A program made the translations under genes and the position numbers. 64,000 bases of DNA, from NCBI GenBank assembly GCA_951406725.2, contig OX597821.1, positions 110,794,001-110,858,000 on the forward strand, in the 5' to 3' direction. Position 1 is the stretch's first letter. Every line of letters starts with the position of its first letter. The stretch is from Octopus vulgaris (taxonomy: Eukaryota). The notes beneath the pieces are model-generated. The model saw nothing but the letters and a program-made list of their open reading frames with translations, had not been told where the DNA came from and did no database searches. Below are positions 28,482 to 40,413 of the stretch, in pieces.

Positions 28482-28845
28482 TATTTTAAATGGGGAAGGC
28501 TTGTTTATGGGATTGCCATAGGTTTCCCGTCCATAAAGGTTTTAGATTTATGGCGTATCGTCAGATCCCAAAAACCTGTTGGTCCGCGACTCCTTCAAAA
28601 TATGGAGGGGGAAATGCCTCACGACTCAAAGAAAAAAAAACTTTAAGTAGTGAGGCATTTCCCCCTCCATATTTTCAAGGAGTCGCGGACCAACAGGATT
28701 TGGGGATCTGACGATACGCCATAAATCTAAGCCCTTTATTGACGGGAAACCTATGGTAATCCCATAAACCGGCGTTCCCCATTTTTAAAATATACTGCTC
28801 AACATCTTAGAGTGTGCTTCTTCTTTCGGATTTGTTTTCTACAAA

Positions 28846-28847
<2 letters not shown>
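28482..28847. mobile_element. Fold-back mini-element with about 140-bp arms, HHR motifs and a 55-nt tail, between (TA)n tracts
   Basis: Arms 28482-28622 and 28650-28792 are near reverse complements. Confidence 0.85.
28703..28763 (+). ncRNA. Type I hammerhead ribozyme motif
   Basis: gggat-CTGACGA-(helix II, imperfect base)-GAAA-CC-tat-GG-TA-atccc; GUA triplet, predicted cut after 28758. Confidence 0.75.
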
Positions 28848-28883
<36 letters not shown>

Positions 28884-28886
<3 letters not shown>

Positions 28887-29039
28887 ACGGGCTTCTTTTA
28901 GTTTCCGTCTATCAAATACCCTCACAAGGCTTTGGTCGGCCCCAGGTTATAGTAAAAGACACTTACCCAAGGTGCCACACAGTGGGACTGAACCCGGAAC
29001 CATGTGGTTGGTAAGCAAGCTATTTACCATACAGCCACT

Positions 29040-29042
<3 letters not shown>
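28884..29042 (-). mobile_element. SINE family A, head portion
   Basis: Reverse complement of 2471-2635. Confidence 0.8.
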
Positions 29043-29102
<60 letters not shown>

Positions 29103-29189
29103 GAGGGTGAAAAATTAGTATGTATGTATGTATGTATGTATGTATATATGAACTTCTCACCACACGGACATACTTGCGCCTATAATGGC

Positions 29190-29388
29190 TTCAAAATTTG
29201 GTACAAGAGCAGAAACTTAGGGGGAGCTGTAAATCGATTACATCGACCCCTGTACTTGACTGGTGCTTATTTTATCGACCCCGAGAAGATGAACGACAAA
29301 GTCGATTTTGGCAGAATTTGAACTTTGAACGTAAAGCCGGACGAAACGATGTTAAGCAATTTGTCCGGCGTGCTAACTATTCTGCAAT
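29190..29388 (-). mobile_element. SINE family B, diverged
   Basis: Degenerate Meta-like core and head. Confidence 0.7.
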
Positions 29389-29899
29389 CAAAACAACGCT
29401 AATAGATTCATTTAATTACTATTTTAGAAATTCTATGTTTAGAATAAACAATTCAGCTACATTTCCTGGAAACGACTGTCTTCCTTTCAACACATTTATG
29501 CTTCCTTCCTTTAGCAAGGAATTGTTATTGAAACCCCCAGAATAACATTTTGTTTGCTATTAGAACCATTGTGCTCTCGGAAACAGGAAGAGTTCGATCT
29601 TTTGTATTTATCTTCCGATTTCCTTGTCTGTTTTTACCCACTCCAACCCCTGGATGCCTCTTACAGATATATTTCAACCAAGATGTGTTTGACGTGTCTA
29701 AATTTAAATATAAAACTACACAATTTTGAAAGAGTGAGATCAGACAAAAAGAAAAATAGAATTTCAATGAAAGCAGCCACGGCGATAACAACAAAAAACA
29801 GCAACACCAATAGCAGCAACAAAAACAACAAGAACAACAAATAACAAAAAACAGAAGCAAAACAACAACTACAACAACAAAAACGACAGCAGCAACAGT

Positions 29900-30087
29900 G
29901 GAGGCGCAATGGCCCAGTGGTTAGGACAGCGGACTCGCGGTCTTAAGAGCGCGGTTTCGATTCCCAAACCGGACATTGTGAGTGTTTATTGAGCAAAAAA
30001 CACCTAAGCTCCACGAGACTCCGGCGGGGTGGAGGTGGTGAACCCCGCTGTACTCTTTAACCACAACTTTCTCTCACTCTTTCTTCC
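29900..30087 (+). mobile_element. SINE family C
   Basis: ggaggcgcaatggcccagtggttagg...ggtttcgattccc. Confidence 0.8.
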
Positions 30088-30941
30088 TACTTCTGCCCCA
30101 AAGCAGAGGAACCCTGGTGTAATCCACTATGGTGTGGTAACCTTTCAGACCCTAGTCTTGATTGCGAATCCTCTGTACCCCAGGTTGGTTCTGCTCTCCA
30201 CCCGTTAAAAGCCACGGAATGAAGATAACAACGTAGCTTTTGCGCCCGTGCAACCGCCAGTCTTTTTCGTGTGGTGGGTGGATCTTCAAGTTGCCGCACG
30301 CATTCTTAGTAGCTTAGAGTAGGATCAAATTAGAGATTATTCTTTGTGGCTAATGGCGTGAATCCTGATTGGAAGAAGAAGAAGAAGAAGAAGAAGAAAC
30401 ATCAACAACAGCAACAAAAACAAGAACAACAAATAACAAAAAAATAGAAACAAAACAACTACAACAAAAGCAACAGCGACAATAAAAGAAACAAGTGCAA
30501 CAACAATAAAAATTAAATCAAGCGCAAATAAAAAACACAAACAAAAATAAAGTGCAAGGAATGATATGATGTCATGAATAACAATGGAGCGACGAACGTG
30601 CTCGCTCAAATTACTAGAAATAGCAGCCGAAACTCCTTTCATGTTATGAAAAAATAAGGTGAAGAACATAACTTTGGATAAAATTGCAACTACGATATGG
30701 GGTTGTCTGCAAAAATAATATTGGATGGTCATTGATGGAATGATTCGAGAATCGTTATTTGTTTGTTTGTTCGTTTGTTTTTTTGTTTTCCAATAAATTG
30801 TTATTCTGGAATTAGAATCATCGCAACGTCGACGACAAAGATGATGACAATAAGGAAGGAGGAGGAGGAGGAGGAGGAGAAGAAGAAGGAGAAGAAGAAG
30901 AAGAAGAAGAAGAAGAACAAGAAGAAGAAGAAGAAGAAGAA

Positions 30942-30985
<44 letters not shown>

Positions 30986-31125
30986 CGATGATGAAAAAAC
31001 AAGAAAAAAGAAGAAAAAGAAGAAAAAAGGAGGAGAAGAAGAAGAAAAAGAAGAACAAGAACAAGAAGAAGAAGAAGAAGTGATGATGATGATGAAGTGG
31101 AGATCATTTTGGTCATGGCAATTCA

Positions 31126-31214
<89 letters not shown>

Positions 31215-31413
31215 GATTAGAAATTTCTGTCGTTTTGAAATGTAATTCATATTTCTTGAAAAGATGAGTCGATAAATTATTCATGTACAGCAGACATCAG
31301 CCGACATAAAGAGGACGATAATAGAGTTAGTTAGGTTTAGAGTTTGTTAATAATGGTTTCATTTACGCTAGTGTTGTCACAAATTTGAACTAAAAACTAC
31401 CGTGACAAGTTGA

Positions 31414-31467
<54 letters not shown>

Positions 31468-31596
31468 AATAGTAAAGAGTGAAAAAACGACAGAAGGCTT
31501 AAATGTTAAAAAATATATATATTTGCGTCAATATGTCTGATGAATATTAGAAAATTTTAAAAAAAAATTTTTTTCTCTTATAATGACATAATTTAA

Positions 31597-31635
31597 AAGA
31601 AAGACCGGTTTCGCGTGTAGCTTTTCAAATTTCTT
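31597..31635 (-). ncRNA. Minimal type I HHR motif (U3-A8 variant) in the 3' pseudo-LTR
   Basis: aagaaa-t-TTGAAAA-GC-tacac-GC-GAAA-CCGG-TC-tttctt. Confidence 0.7.
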
Positions 31636-31768
31636 GTGACGTTATGTTTATGTTGAATAGAGTTATCGTTGTGTTTATGTTCCGGAGAGTTCTAAATAAG
31701 GGGAGGTAGTGGGTGATTTCTTCCGGTGTAAGGGAGATAATCGCTTAAAAATTTTTTTTTCCTTTCCC

Positions 31769-32788
31769 TTAATGTGAATTTCTCTTTATCAGTATGTTCG
31801 GATGGTTGAGTCTGGGCTTGTACTTTTCAATGAAGAATGTTTCCTTGTTTAGTCTAATTTGTGTTGATGATCCGAAAGCACATTGGTAAAATGGAAAGAT
31901 TAAAAATTGTGGTAGTAGTTGCTTTGCGCATTTCTCAATGTGCTCACTAAAAGGTATCATTCTATATTCTGGGAATGCAATCTGTTGTCGATGCAGTGTG
32001 CATCTACGTCTGAGTGATAGTCCCGTGGAACCCACGTAGTCTTGGTGGCAGCCCGAGCATTTTATGACATAAATTATGTTTTCAGAGGCACAAGTAAAGT
32101 TAGATTTGATCTTGAATTTCTGTCCCTCTTTAAAGAGGAATTCTGATCCTTCTAGCAGGTTAGGACATGTTGCACAGTTCGATCTACCACATTTTTTTAC
32201 TTTTGCATCCGTAATTTCAGAAGACAATTTTGCCTTTGTGAGAATCTTTTTAAGTGATTTAGGCTGTTTGTAGCTTTTAATGATTTGGTGTATGTTTAGA
32301 ATTTCCTTTAATTTTGGGTTTTTATGAAGTATTGGTAAATTCTGGGTGATGATGGTGAAGGCTTCTTTGTTTCTGGGGTTGTATGTAGATATGTAAGGTA
32401 GTATTTTCGGGGAAGGTGTGTTGTTGTGTTGAACTTTTCTTAAAGTTTCTATGTTGATTTCTGTTGCACGTCTGATCCCATCCTCTATGAGTTGAGCTGG
32501 GTAATGTCTGTCAATTAGGGTGTTTTTGAGTTCTTGCAGTCTAAAGTTCCTGGTATTTTGTTCTGACACTATTGTGCATATCCTTCTTGCAAGGTTGAAG
32601 GGGATGTTTGTTTTAGTGTGTCTTGGGTGGCATGAATTAAAAAGAAGGTATTGTTTGGCGTCTGTGGCTTTGTAAAAAATGTCTGTTTCTATTTTAAGGT
32701 TAATTTTTTTAATTAGTATATCCAAGAACGGGAGCTCCTTTTGGTTGTATTCCATTGTGAACTGTATATTTGGGTTTATGCTGTTCAA
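31769..32788 (-). CDS. PLE polyprotein C-terminal part: RT thumb, Cys-rich linker, GIY-YIG endonuclease
   Basis: LPFLD, KKCGRSNCATC, NIIYVIKCSGCHQDYVGST...RRCTLH...EH; frame extends upstream through WKRFLDDCF (RT catalytic DD). Confidence 0.92.
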   Translation of the reverse strand: MNSINPNIQFTMEYNQKELPFLDILIKKINLKIETDIFYKATDAKQYLLFNSCHPRHTKTNIPFNLARRICTIVSEQNTRNFRLQELKNTLIDRHYPAQLIEDGIRRATEINIETLRKVQHNNTPSPKILPYISTYNPRNKEAFTIITQNLPILHKNPKLKEILNIHQIIKSYKQPKSLKKILTKAKLSSEITDAKVKKCGRSNCATCPNLLEGSEFLFKEGQKFKIKSNFTCASENIIYVIKCSGCHQDYVGSTGLSLRRRCTLHRQQIAFPEYRMIPFSEHIEKCAKQLLPQFLIFPFYQCAFGSSTQIRLNKETFFIEKYKPRLNHPNILIKRNSH

Positions 32789-32871
32789 TAGGTTTTTAAA
32801 TTTTAGGAGTTTATCTGTGTTTTCATTCCAGAGAATAAAACAATCGTCTAAGAATCGTTTCCAATTCTCTT

Positions 32872-33639
32872 TTATGTATTGAGAGAGGGGTTTCCAAAGA
32901 TTGATAAAGATTCCTGGTAAATGATTATTTCCATGTATCCCATTGTTAAGTTCGCAATGACTGGTGCTGCCCTTGTACCCATAGCAATTCCGGATTTTTG
33001 ACGGTAAAATGTATTGTCAAACATGAAGTGGTTATTGTGTAGGATGAATTCAATTGATTTAGTAATGAATTCTTTACTGATCCTTTTTGGTATTTCTTCC
33101 GGAAATTGGTCTAACCAGAACTGTATTGCCTCCAGTCCATAATTATGAGGTATACTGGTATACAAGTTGACTACATCAAATGAAACCAGGATTGTTTCTT
33201 CCTTGGCTTTTTTTGGAAGGTGGTTTAACATATCTAAGTCATCTCTGATATGGCTATCGATATGTTTAAGGAAGGGTTTCAGGAGGATGTCCATAAGTAG
33301 ACTTAGTCTGTGTGTTTCACAGGTTGGGCCAGCTACAATGGGTCGTAGTTTTAGGTCCCCCGGGTTAGGTGTGTGTATGTATGTCTTTGGTGATGTTTTA
33401 ATGGTTTCATTTATAATTTGACTTTTATGAATTTTTGGCAAACCATAGAAAAGGCTAGGTTTGCATTTAAAGTTTGTTAGGAAGTCAATCTCTTTGGTTG
33501 TTAGTTCCTTTTCATGGGTTTTAATTAGTGAAGATAGAGTTTTCATTATTTTTTGTGGGGTGTAGTTGGTAATTTTTTCATAATGTAGGTCGTCATCAAG
33601 CAAGGAAATTACAAGATTTCTGTAGTATGATGTATCCAT
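32872..33639 (-). CDS. PLE reverse transcriptase core
   Basis: FYGLPKIHK, LRPIVAG, SFDVVNLYTSIP, YRQKSGIAMGTRAAP; frame is open upstream through IKEADKGNAVV to about 33941; 1-nt frameshift near 32887-32890. Confidence 0.92.
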   Translation of the reverse strand: MDTSYYRNLVISLLDDDLHYEKITNYTPQKIMKTLSSLIKTHEKELTTKEIDFLTNFKCKPSLFYGLPKIHKSQIINETIKTSPKTYIHTPNPGDLKLRPIVAGPTCETHRLSLLMDILLKPFLKHIDSHIRDDLDMLNHLPKKAKEETILVSFDVVNLYTSIPHNYGLEAIQFWLDQFPEEIPKRISKEFITKSIEFILHNNHFMFDNTFYRQKSGIAMGTRAAPVIANLTMGYMEIIIYQESLSIFGNPSLNT

Positions 33640-34033
33640 TATTACAACTGCATTTCCCTTGTCTGCTTCCTTAATGGTTATATCCTCATCATTTTGAAGT
33701 TCTATCAGTTCTTTCCATTGTGTAGTGTTAAAATTTGAGTTAGCTTTCTGTTTATGTATAGTATGGTAGGGAAAGTTCTCAATGTGGTTACAGAATTCGT
33801 CAAGATCTTTATTTCTTCCTCTGTGTGGGATGTGTTCACTTTTGTTCTTGACTAGTGATTCATCTTCAGTATTGAAACTGTTTGATGCTTCTGCTAGTCT
33901 TAATTTTCTGTAAAATTCTGTTATATTATCCTTGATTTCATTTTGTTGGCTCTGCGTGGAGTTGGTGTAAATTTGAGCCCTTTTGAGAGGATGTCAATTT
34001 TTATGTTAGAAAGAGGTTTGGTTGAAAGATTGA

Positions 34034-34702
34034 TTATCTTCGGTTTTTCCTTATTACTAGGTTCCAGCCTGTGTCCTGGTGTCCCTGGTCCCTGGCTAAA
34101 AAATGTTGGGTGTAATTTTGTTTGTATGAGTTGTCTGTGAGGTTGTGTGATATTTGGTCGGGGGAGTGGTGGTATTGTTGCCCCCGATCGTTGTGTGTGT
34201 GTGGGAATCTATGGTTGTTTTTGTTTGTGGTGTGTGTAAAATTTCTGTATGGGAAATATTTTTGTTTCGAACTGCTTGTATGTGGGATGTTGCTTGACAT
34301 AGTGTATTTTTGCGTTTGTCTTGTGTTTAGTGGGGACCAGTAATTTTGGTTCATGGGGTAGTAGCGACTTGTGTGTGGTGTATTTCTTATTCTAGTGTCG
34401 TTTTGTGCTGTATGGTGGTTGGGTCTGGTATTAGGATGTTGTTGGTGTGTTCTATTTTTGGTGTAATTTATTTCATAGACGCGTCGTCTGTCAGCTAGTT
34501 CCCTGTTAGGTCTTGCGTGGTTTGCAAAGGTTGGTTGTGGGTGATTTCTGTTTTTAGTGTATGGAGGATAGTTGGGGGTTGTTCGTGGGTTGTTTGGTTT
34601 TTCTTTTTTATTTTTTGTAATTTTCTTAAGGAAGGGATTATTTGTACCCAATTCATTTTTGAAAGTTGCACTGTATTTTTGGAAGAAGTCCATGTTTTTC
34701 AC
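34034..34702 (-). CDS. PLE N-terminal basic, low-complexity region (ORF1-like, 5'-truncated)
   Basis: Open 222-aa N/T/H/K-rich frame inside the element, overlapping the frame that encodes INLS...ILSKGLKFTPTP. Confidence 0.6.
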   Translation of the reverse strand: MKNMDFFQKYSATFKNELGTNNPFLKKITKNKKEKPNNPRTTPNYPPYTKNRNHPQPTFANHARPNRELADRRRVYEINYTKNRTHQQHPNTRPNHHTAQNDTRIRNTPHTSRYYPMNQNYWSPLNTRQTQKYTMSSNIPHTSSSKQKYFPYRNFTHTTNKNNHRFPHTHNDRGQQYHHSPDQISHNLTDNSYKQNYTQHFLARDQGHQDTGWNLVIRKNRR

Positions 34703-35029
34703 AAGTCCATGTTTTTAGTGAGCACATTGAGAAATGCGCAAAGCAACTACTACCACAATTTTTAATCTTTCCATTTTACCAATGTGCTTTCGGATCATCA
34801 ACACAAATTAGACTAAACAAGGAAACATTCTTCATTGAAAAGTACAAGCCCAGACTCAACCATCCGAACATACTGATACGGAGAAATTCACATTAAGGGA
34901 AAGGAAAAAAAAATTTTTAAGCGATTATCTCCCTTACACCGGAAGAAATCACCCACTACCTCCCCTTATTTAGAACTCTCCGGAACATAAACACAATGAT
35001 AACTCTATTCAACATAAACATAACGTCAC

Positions 35030-35068
35030 AAGAAATTTGAAAAGCTACACGCGAAACCGGTCTTTCTT
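35030..35068 (+). ncRNA. Minimal type I HHR motif (U3-A8 variant) in the inverted pseudo-LTR
   Basis: Identical inverted copy of 31597-31635. Confidence 0.7.
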
Positions 35069-35241
35069 TTAAATTATGTCATTATAAGAGAAAAAAAATT
35101 TTTTTTTTTAATTTTCTAATATTCTTCAGACATATTGACGCAAATATATATATTTTTTAACATTTAAGCCTTCTGTCGTTTCTTCACTCTTTACTATTTT
35201 CTGTATTTTCACCCACGTGCTTTCACAAACCAACTTTCTTA

Positions 35242-35276
<35 letters not shown>

Positions 35277-35282
35277 TTTGAG

Positions 35283-35739
35283 ACTTTTATTTATTTTAGC
35301 TATTTGACTGCGGCCATGCTGGAATACCACCTTTGGTCGAACAAATCGATTCCCAGGACTTATTCTCTTTAAGCCTAGCACTTGTTCTATCGCTCCCTTT
35401 TGCCGAACCGCTAAAGTGCGGAGACTTAAGCACCCAGCGTCAGTTGTCATGCGACGTTGGGAGGACAAACACAGGCACAAAAACACACATACATACGCGC
35501 ACACACACACACACACGCACACACACACGCACACACACACACACTTATATATGCGTGTGTATGTGTGTGTGTGTATACGACAGGCCTATTTCAGTTTCCG
35601 GCTATCAAATTCACTCACAAGGCTTTGGTCGGCCTGAGGCTATACAAGAAGACATTTGCCCAAAGTGCCACGCAATGGGACTGAACCCGGAACTATGTGG
35701 TTGGGAAGGAAGCTACTTACCACACAGCCAATCATGCGC

Positions 35740-35740
<1 letters not shown>
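35283..35740 (-). mobile_element. SINE family A, full length
   Basis: Reverse complement of 2471-2895. Confidence 0.85.
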
Positions 35741-35837
<97 letters not shown>

Positions 35838-35848
35838 ATATATATATA

Positions 35849-35884
<36 letters not shown>

Positions 35885-35903
35885 CGTATGTGCATATGCA
35901 TAT

Positions 35904-35938
<35 letters not shown>

Positions 35939-36068
35939 TTAAAGCTGCAAAATGAACCGTAAAATATGTGAATATAACTATTATGATAGGATCGAAAAAT
36001 TCTGGTGAAGAACGTGGGGAACGTCCAGAAATAAATAATTAATAATTAATAATAATAATAATAATAAT

Positions 36069-36611
<543 letters not shown>

Positions 36612-36891
36612 TATACACTTTCCATACAATAACCATCAGAGCATCACAACAAATCACAGCACATACCCAAGGCACACAGAGCTGCGCTCGGTAGTGAAGT
36701 GAAAGCACGCTATAAAAATAAAACTACTGAATAATAATAATAAATTGAAAGGATAGGGTCGCAAGTCGAGTGTTAGAAAATGAGATTAAAATAAAATATA
36801 AATGAAAAGTTCAATAACGAACGTACGATGTACAAATATATATACGAACATGTATATTAAACATATACGAACATGTATACTTACATATATT

Positions 36892-37230
36892 CCTCAACAG
36901 GCCCTGCCCTATTTAACATTGTCCCGAGGGAGATCAAAGAGGAAAAGGATCCCATCAACTTTAAACGGAGTCTGGATAGATTCCTTCAAAGAATACCAGA
37001 TAAGCCACCCATAATTGGATACAACTCACCCAACAAGAACTCACTACTTTAACAAAACTTGATACAACTCACCCAACAAGAACTCACTACTTGAACAAAA
37101 CTTGATACAACTCACCCAACAAGAACTCACTACTTGAACAAAACTTGACTTAAACAGGATTCGAAAAATCCTATCAGGTGGTGCTTTAAGTTAGACATGG
37201 CCTGGACCAATCTTTGGTCGAAACATATCT
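36892..37230 (+). mobile_element. CR1-like LINE 3' end
   Basis: STGPALFNIVPREIK...FKRSLDRFLQRIPDKP...NKNSLL, then a 3' UTR ending in a (tatctaagtt)2 tail. Confidence 0.7.
37018..37146 (+). repeat. 43-bp tandem repeat, three copies
   Basis: gatacaactcacccaacaagaactcactactt(t/g)aacaaaactt at 37018, 37061 and 37104. Confidence 0.95.
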
Positions 37231-37704
37231 AAGTTTATCTAAGTTTATATTTACATATGAATATATACGAACATGTATATAAAACATTATACGGACATTT
37301 ATATTTAAATATATTTACATATAAATACACACATACATAGCACTATACACACCAAGACACAACATAACGCATAGATATATCAACACATACATAACACATA
37401 TCTATTTCTTTATTGCCCACGGGTTGGCTAAACACAGAGAGGACAAACAAGGACAGACAAAGGGATTAAGTCGATTACATCGAACCCAGTGCGTAACTGT
37501 TACTTATTTAATCGACTCCGGAAGGAGGAAGGGCAAAGGTCGACCTCGGAGGAATTTGAACTCAGAATTTGAACTCTTCCATAAACAACCTTGCCCGGAC
37601 TTGTGCCTCGGAGGGTAAATTTCTAGGTGCACAATCCCATGGTCATTCATGACCGAAGGGGGTCACCCCCATGTATACGCGCGTGCGCGCACATATATAT
37701 GCAC

Positions 37705-38570
37705 ATCCCCTGGATATGTAAGAACACATGTGCGACAGAGTACTAGTGTGTTGATAGAAAATTTAAGAATAAGAGGAATTTGATGCAATGTGCATGGAGG
37801 ACTGCACTGGTTTGGTCATGTGATGCGGATTGATGTAGGCAACTACATAAAGAAGTGCCGATCATTCAAAACACACAGAACTCATCGAAGAGGGAGACCC
37901 AGGAAGATATGGGACGAAGGACTGAAAGCCGATCTCAGAACATTGTGTCTTGCGGAGGAGATGACAAAGGACCGAGATATCTGGTGCCTTGCTGTACTCA
38001 GGGAGACCCGTCCTCCACGGCAGAATGGTTAATGCCATTTCTCCTGCTGAAGAGGAATGGCATACAAGAGTCCTGCATTGGTGCCAAAAGCACCTCTGCT
38101 GGCGTCACATAAAAAAGCTCCCGTGCCAGGGTCACGTAATAGCTCCGGTGCTGGTGTCACGTAAAAAGCACCCAGCACACTCTGTAAAGTCGTTGGGCGT
38201 CAGGAAGAGCATGCAGCCGTAGAAAGCAGGCCAAATCAATCGGGATTCGGTGCAGCTCTCCTTCTTGCCAGTTCTGGTCAAACCTATTTCTTTACTACCC
38301 ACAAAGGGCTACACACAGAGGGGACAAACAAGGACAGACAAACGGATTAAGTCGATTACATCGACCCCAGTGCGTAACAGGTACTTAATTTATCGACCCC
38401 GAAAGGATGAAAAGCAAAGTGGACCTCGGTGGAATTTAAACTCAGAACGTAACGGCAGACGAAATACGGCTACGCATTTCGCCCGGCGTGCTAACGTTTA
38501 TGCCAGCTCTGGTCAAACCATCCAACCCATGCTGGCATGGAAAGCGGACGTTAAATGATGATAACGATGA
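37705..38570 (+). mobile_element. RTE-clade LINE 3' end with 3' UTR, interrupted by a SINE
   Basis: LHWFGHVMRI...RRGRPRKIWDEGLKADL...MTKDRDIW; ends in a (gat)n-like tail. Confidence 0.8.
38285..38509 (-). mobile_element. SINE family B inserted with TSD
   Basis: tctggtcaaacc duplicated at 38273-38284 and 38508-38519. Confidence 0.85.
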
Positions 38571-39324
38571 TACATATATAAAGATAATTTGTGATTAACA
38601 TTTTAATACCTCAATCAGGTTTTCATTCTGATACGTCAACGCTACAGTGGTGTTTGCTCGTACCATGCATCCATATGTCTGTCCGGTCTATTAGCATGCA
38701 TACACATAGATATACATGTGTGTTTGTGTACGTGTACACTGAAGCCATGAAACCGTCGTGCGAATGTGCAGAGGACGGAAGAACGAAAGAAAGAATGAAA
38801 GAAGAAAATAAGAAAGAAAGAAAAGGAAACAAGAAGTAACGGAATTCTTCAAATTAACTTCACATTTGTCTCATTATCTTGGAATGTAATTCAACGATGT
38901 AGATTCATAGTTCTTCTTCTCTCGTCAAACATAAATACACTGCCGTTTGCTAAAACGGATATTAGCGGAGAAGGAAACTACGCCATGCTGTTTTGGTGGC
39001 CAGCGGGGGAAGGAGGAGGCGTGGGGGGGGGGGGACACTGATGATATTTTGACGTCAGCAGTTTACCGGGTTTTAAAAACTTTAGATGTTCCTATAATGG
39101 ATCGAGATGTGTTTATCTTATTATTTACATTATTATATTACAAGATTGAATTGAAGCCGACAATTTTGGCAATAGATTCTCTCGTATCTGGGGGCCATGT
39201 TTTATCTAATTACTTCATCCCTTCTTTCTTTCTTTTTATTTTCCCTATTTCTACTTCCTCTCTCTCTCCCTCTATCTCCCTGTGTCTCTCTTTTCCTTTC
39301 TTTCTCTTCTCTCCACACACAAAT

Positions 39325-39364
<40 letters not shown>

Positions 39365-39418
39365 GCATACATATACATATATGCATACACATTTATTAGA
39401 TCTAAATATAAGTCTGCT

Positions 39419-39462
<44 letters not shown>

Positions 39463-39468
39463 CATATA

Positions 39469-39514
<46 letters not shown>

Positions 39515-39600
39515 TATATATAAACATATATTTATATATGTACGCATATATGTGTGTATGTGTTCGTTTGTGCATATATATATATATATTATTATTAATA

Positions 39601-39635
<35 letters not shown>

Positions 39636-39706
39636 TATGTATGTATGCATGTATGTATATGTATGTATGTATGTACTTATATACATATATATTCATTTAC
39701 ATATAA

Positions 39707-39765
<59 letters not shown>

Positions 39766-40413
39766 TGCATGTATTTGTGTATGCACTTAGCTATCTCTCT
39801 ATTTAATTATCCTTTTATCCCATTCTGCATACACGGTCTCTATCGGATTTTCAAATCATCAAGTAATCATTATGTTGCCCAGGGTTTCACTTAGAAACAC
39901 TGCTTATCGTTGGAAGTTCTCGGTTTGAATTTATTAATTTACAATCGTCAAGTTTTAGTCAGACACGAGAAGATTAATTTTCTATTGGAAATAAGCTTTT
40001 CCTCTAGTTATCTGTAGTGGTGGTAGTGATGGTGTTGTCGTTTAACCCCGGGCTACCTACGATTGAGTAGGCCTTTGATCACAGACGTACTAGTCATAGA
40101 CATTCTGTTATACATATCTAGGACTAAATCAGAGAGATTCGGTTACTGATTCTTGCAGTTCGAACGATGTTTTGAGAATCCTTCAGTGGCTCGTGGCAAT
40201 GTATTTATTTTAGTGATGGCTTGCAATAATCGGTAGGGCATCAATTAAAATTTCTTGCATACTTTATCTACGTCCTTTATTCATGTTCTGAGCTCAAAAC
40301 TCGCTCGCGTCGACTTTGTTTGTCATCCTTCTAGGCTCGATAAAATGAATACCAGTAATACAATGGTTTGATAAATACAAGTATTTAATTCAATATAAAT
40401 ACAAGTATTTATA

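Larger units (their letters stand above)
31464..35243 (-). mobile_element. Penelope-like retroelement (Neptune-like), 5'-truncated, with inverted pseudo-LTR
   Basis: RT and GIY-YIG ORFs; 31464-31952 is repeated inverted at 34713-35202 with only a few differences; both ends abut (TA)n. Confidence 0.95.

Noticed and set aside
29900-29975. tRNA genes at SINE heads (also 41460, 52325, 61690)
   Set aside because: No intact cloverleaf; they continue into SINE bodies.
31530-31590. CTGATGA-atatta-GAAA on the antisense strand of the PLE pLTR
   Set aside because: Helix II cannot close and no NUH followed by a helix I partner is present; likely chance in AT-rich DNA.
34666-34896. Independent 76-aa plus-strand ORF
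   Set aside because: It is the inverted duplicate of the GIY-YIG C-terminus within the pseudo-LTR.
37018-37146. CRISPR-like repeat
   Set aside because: Units are contiguous with no spacers, there are no cas genes, and the context is eukaryotic.
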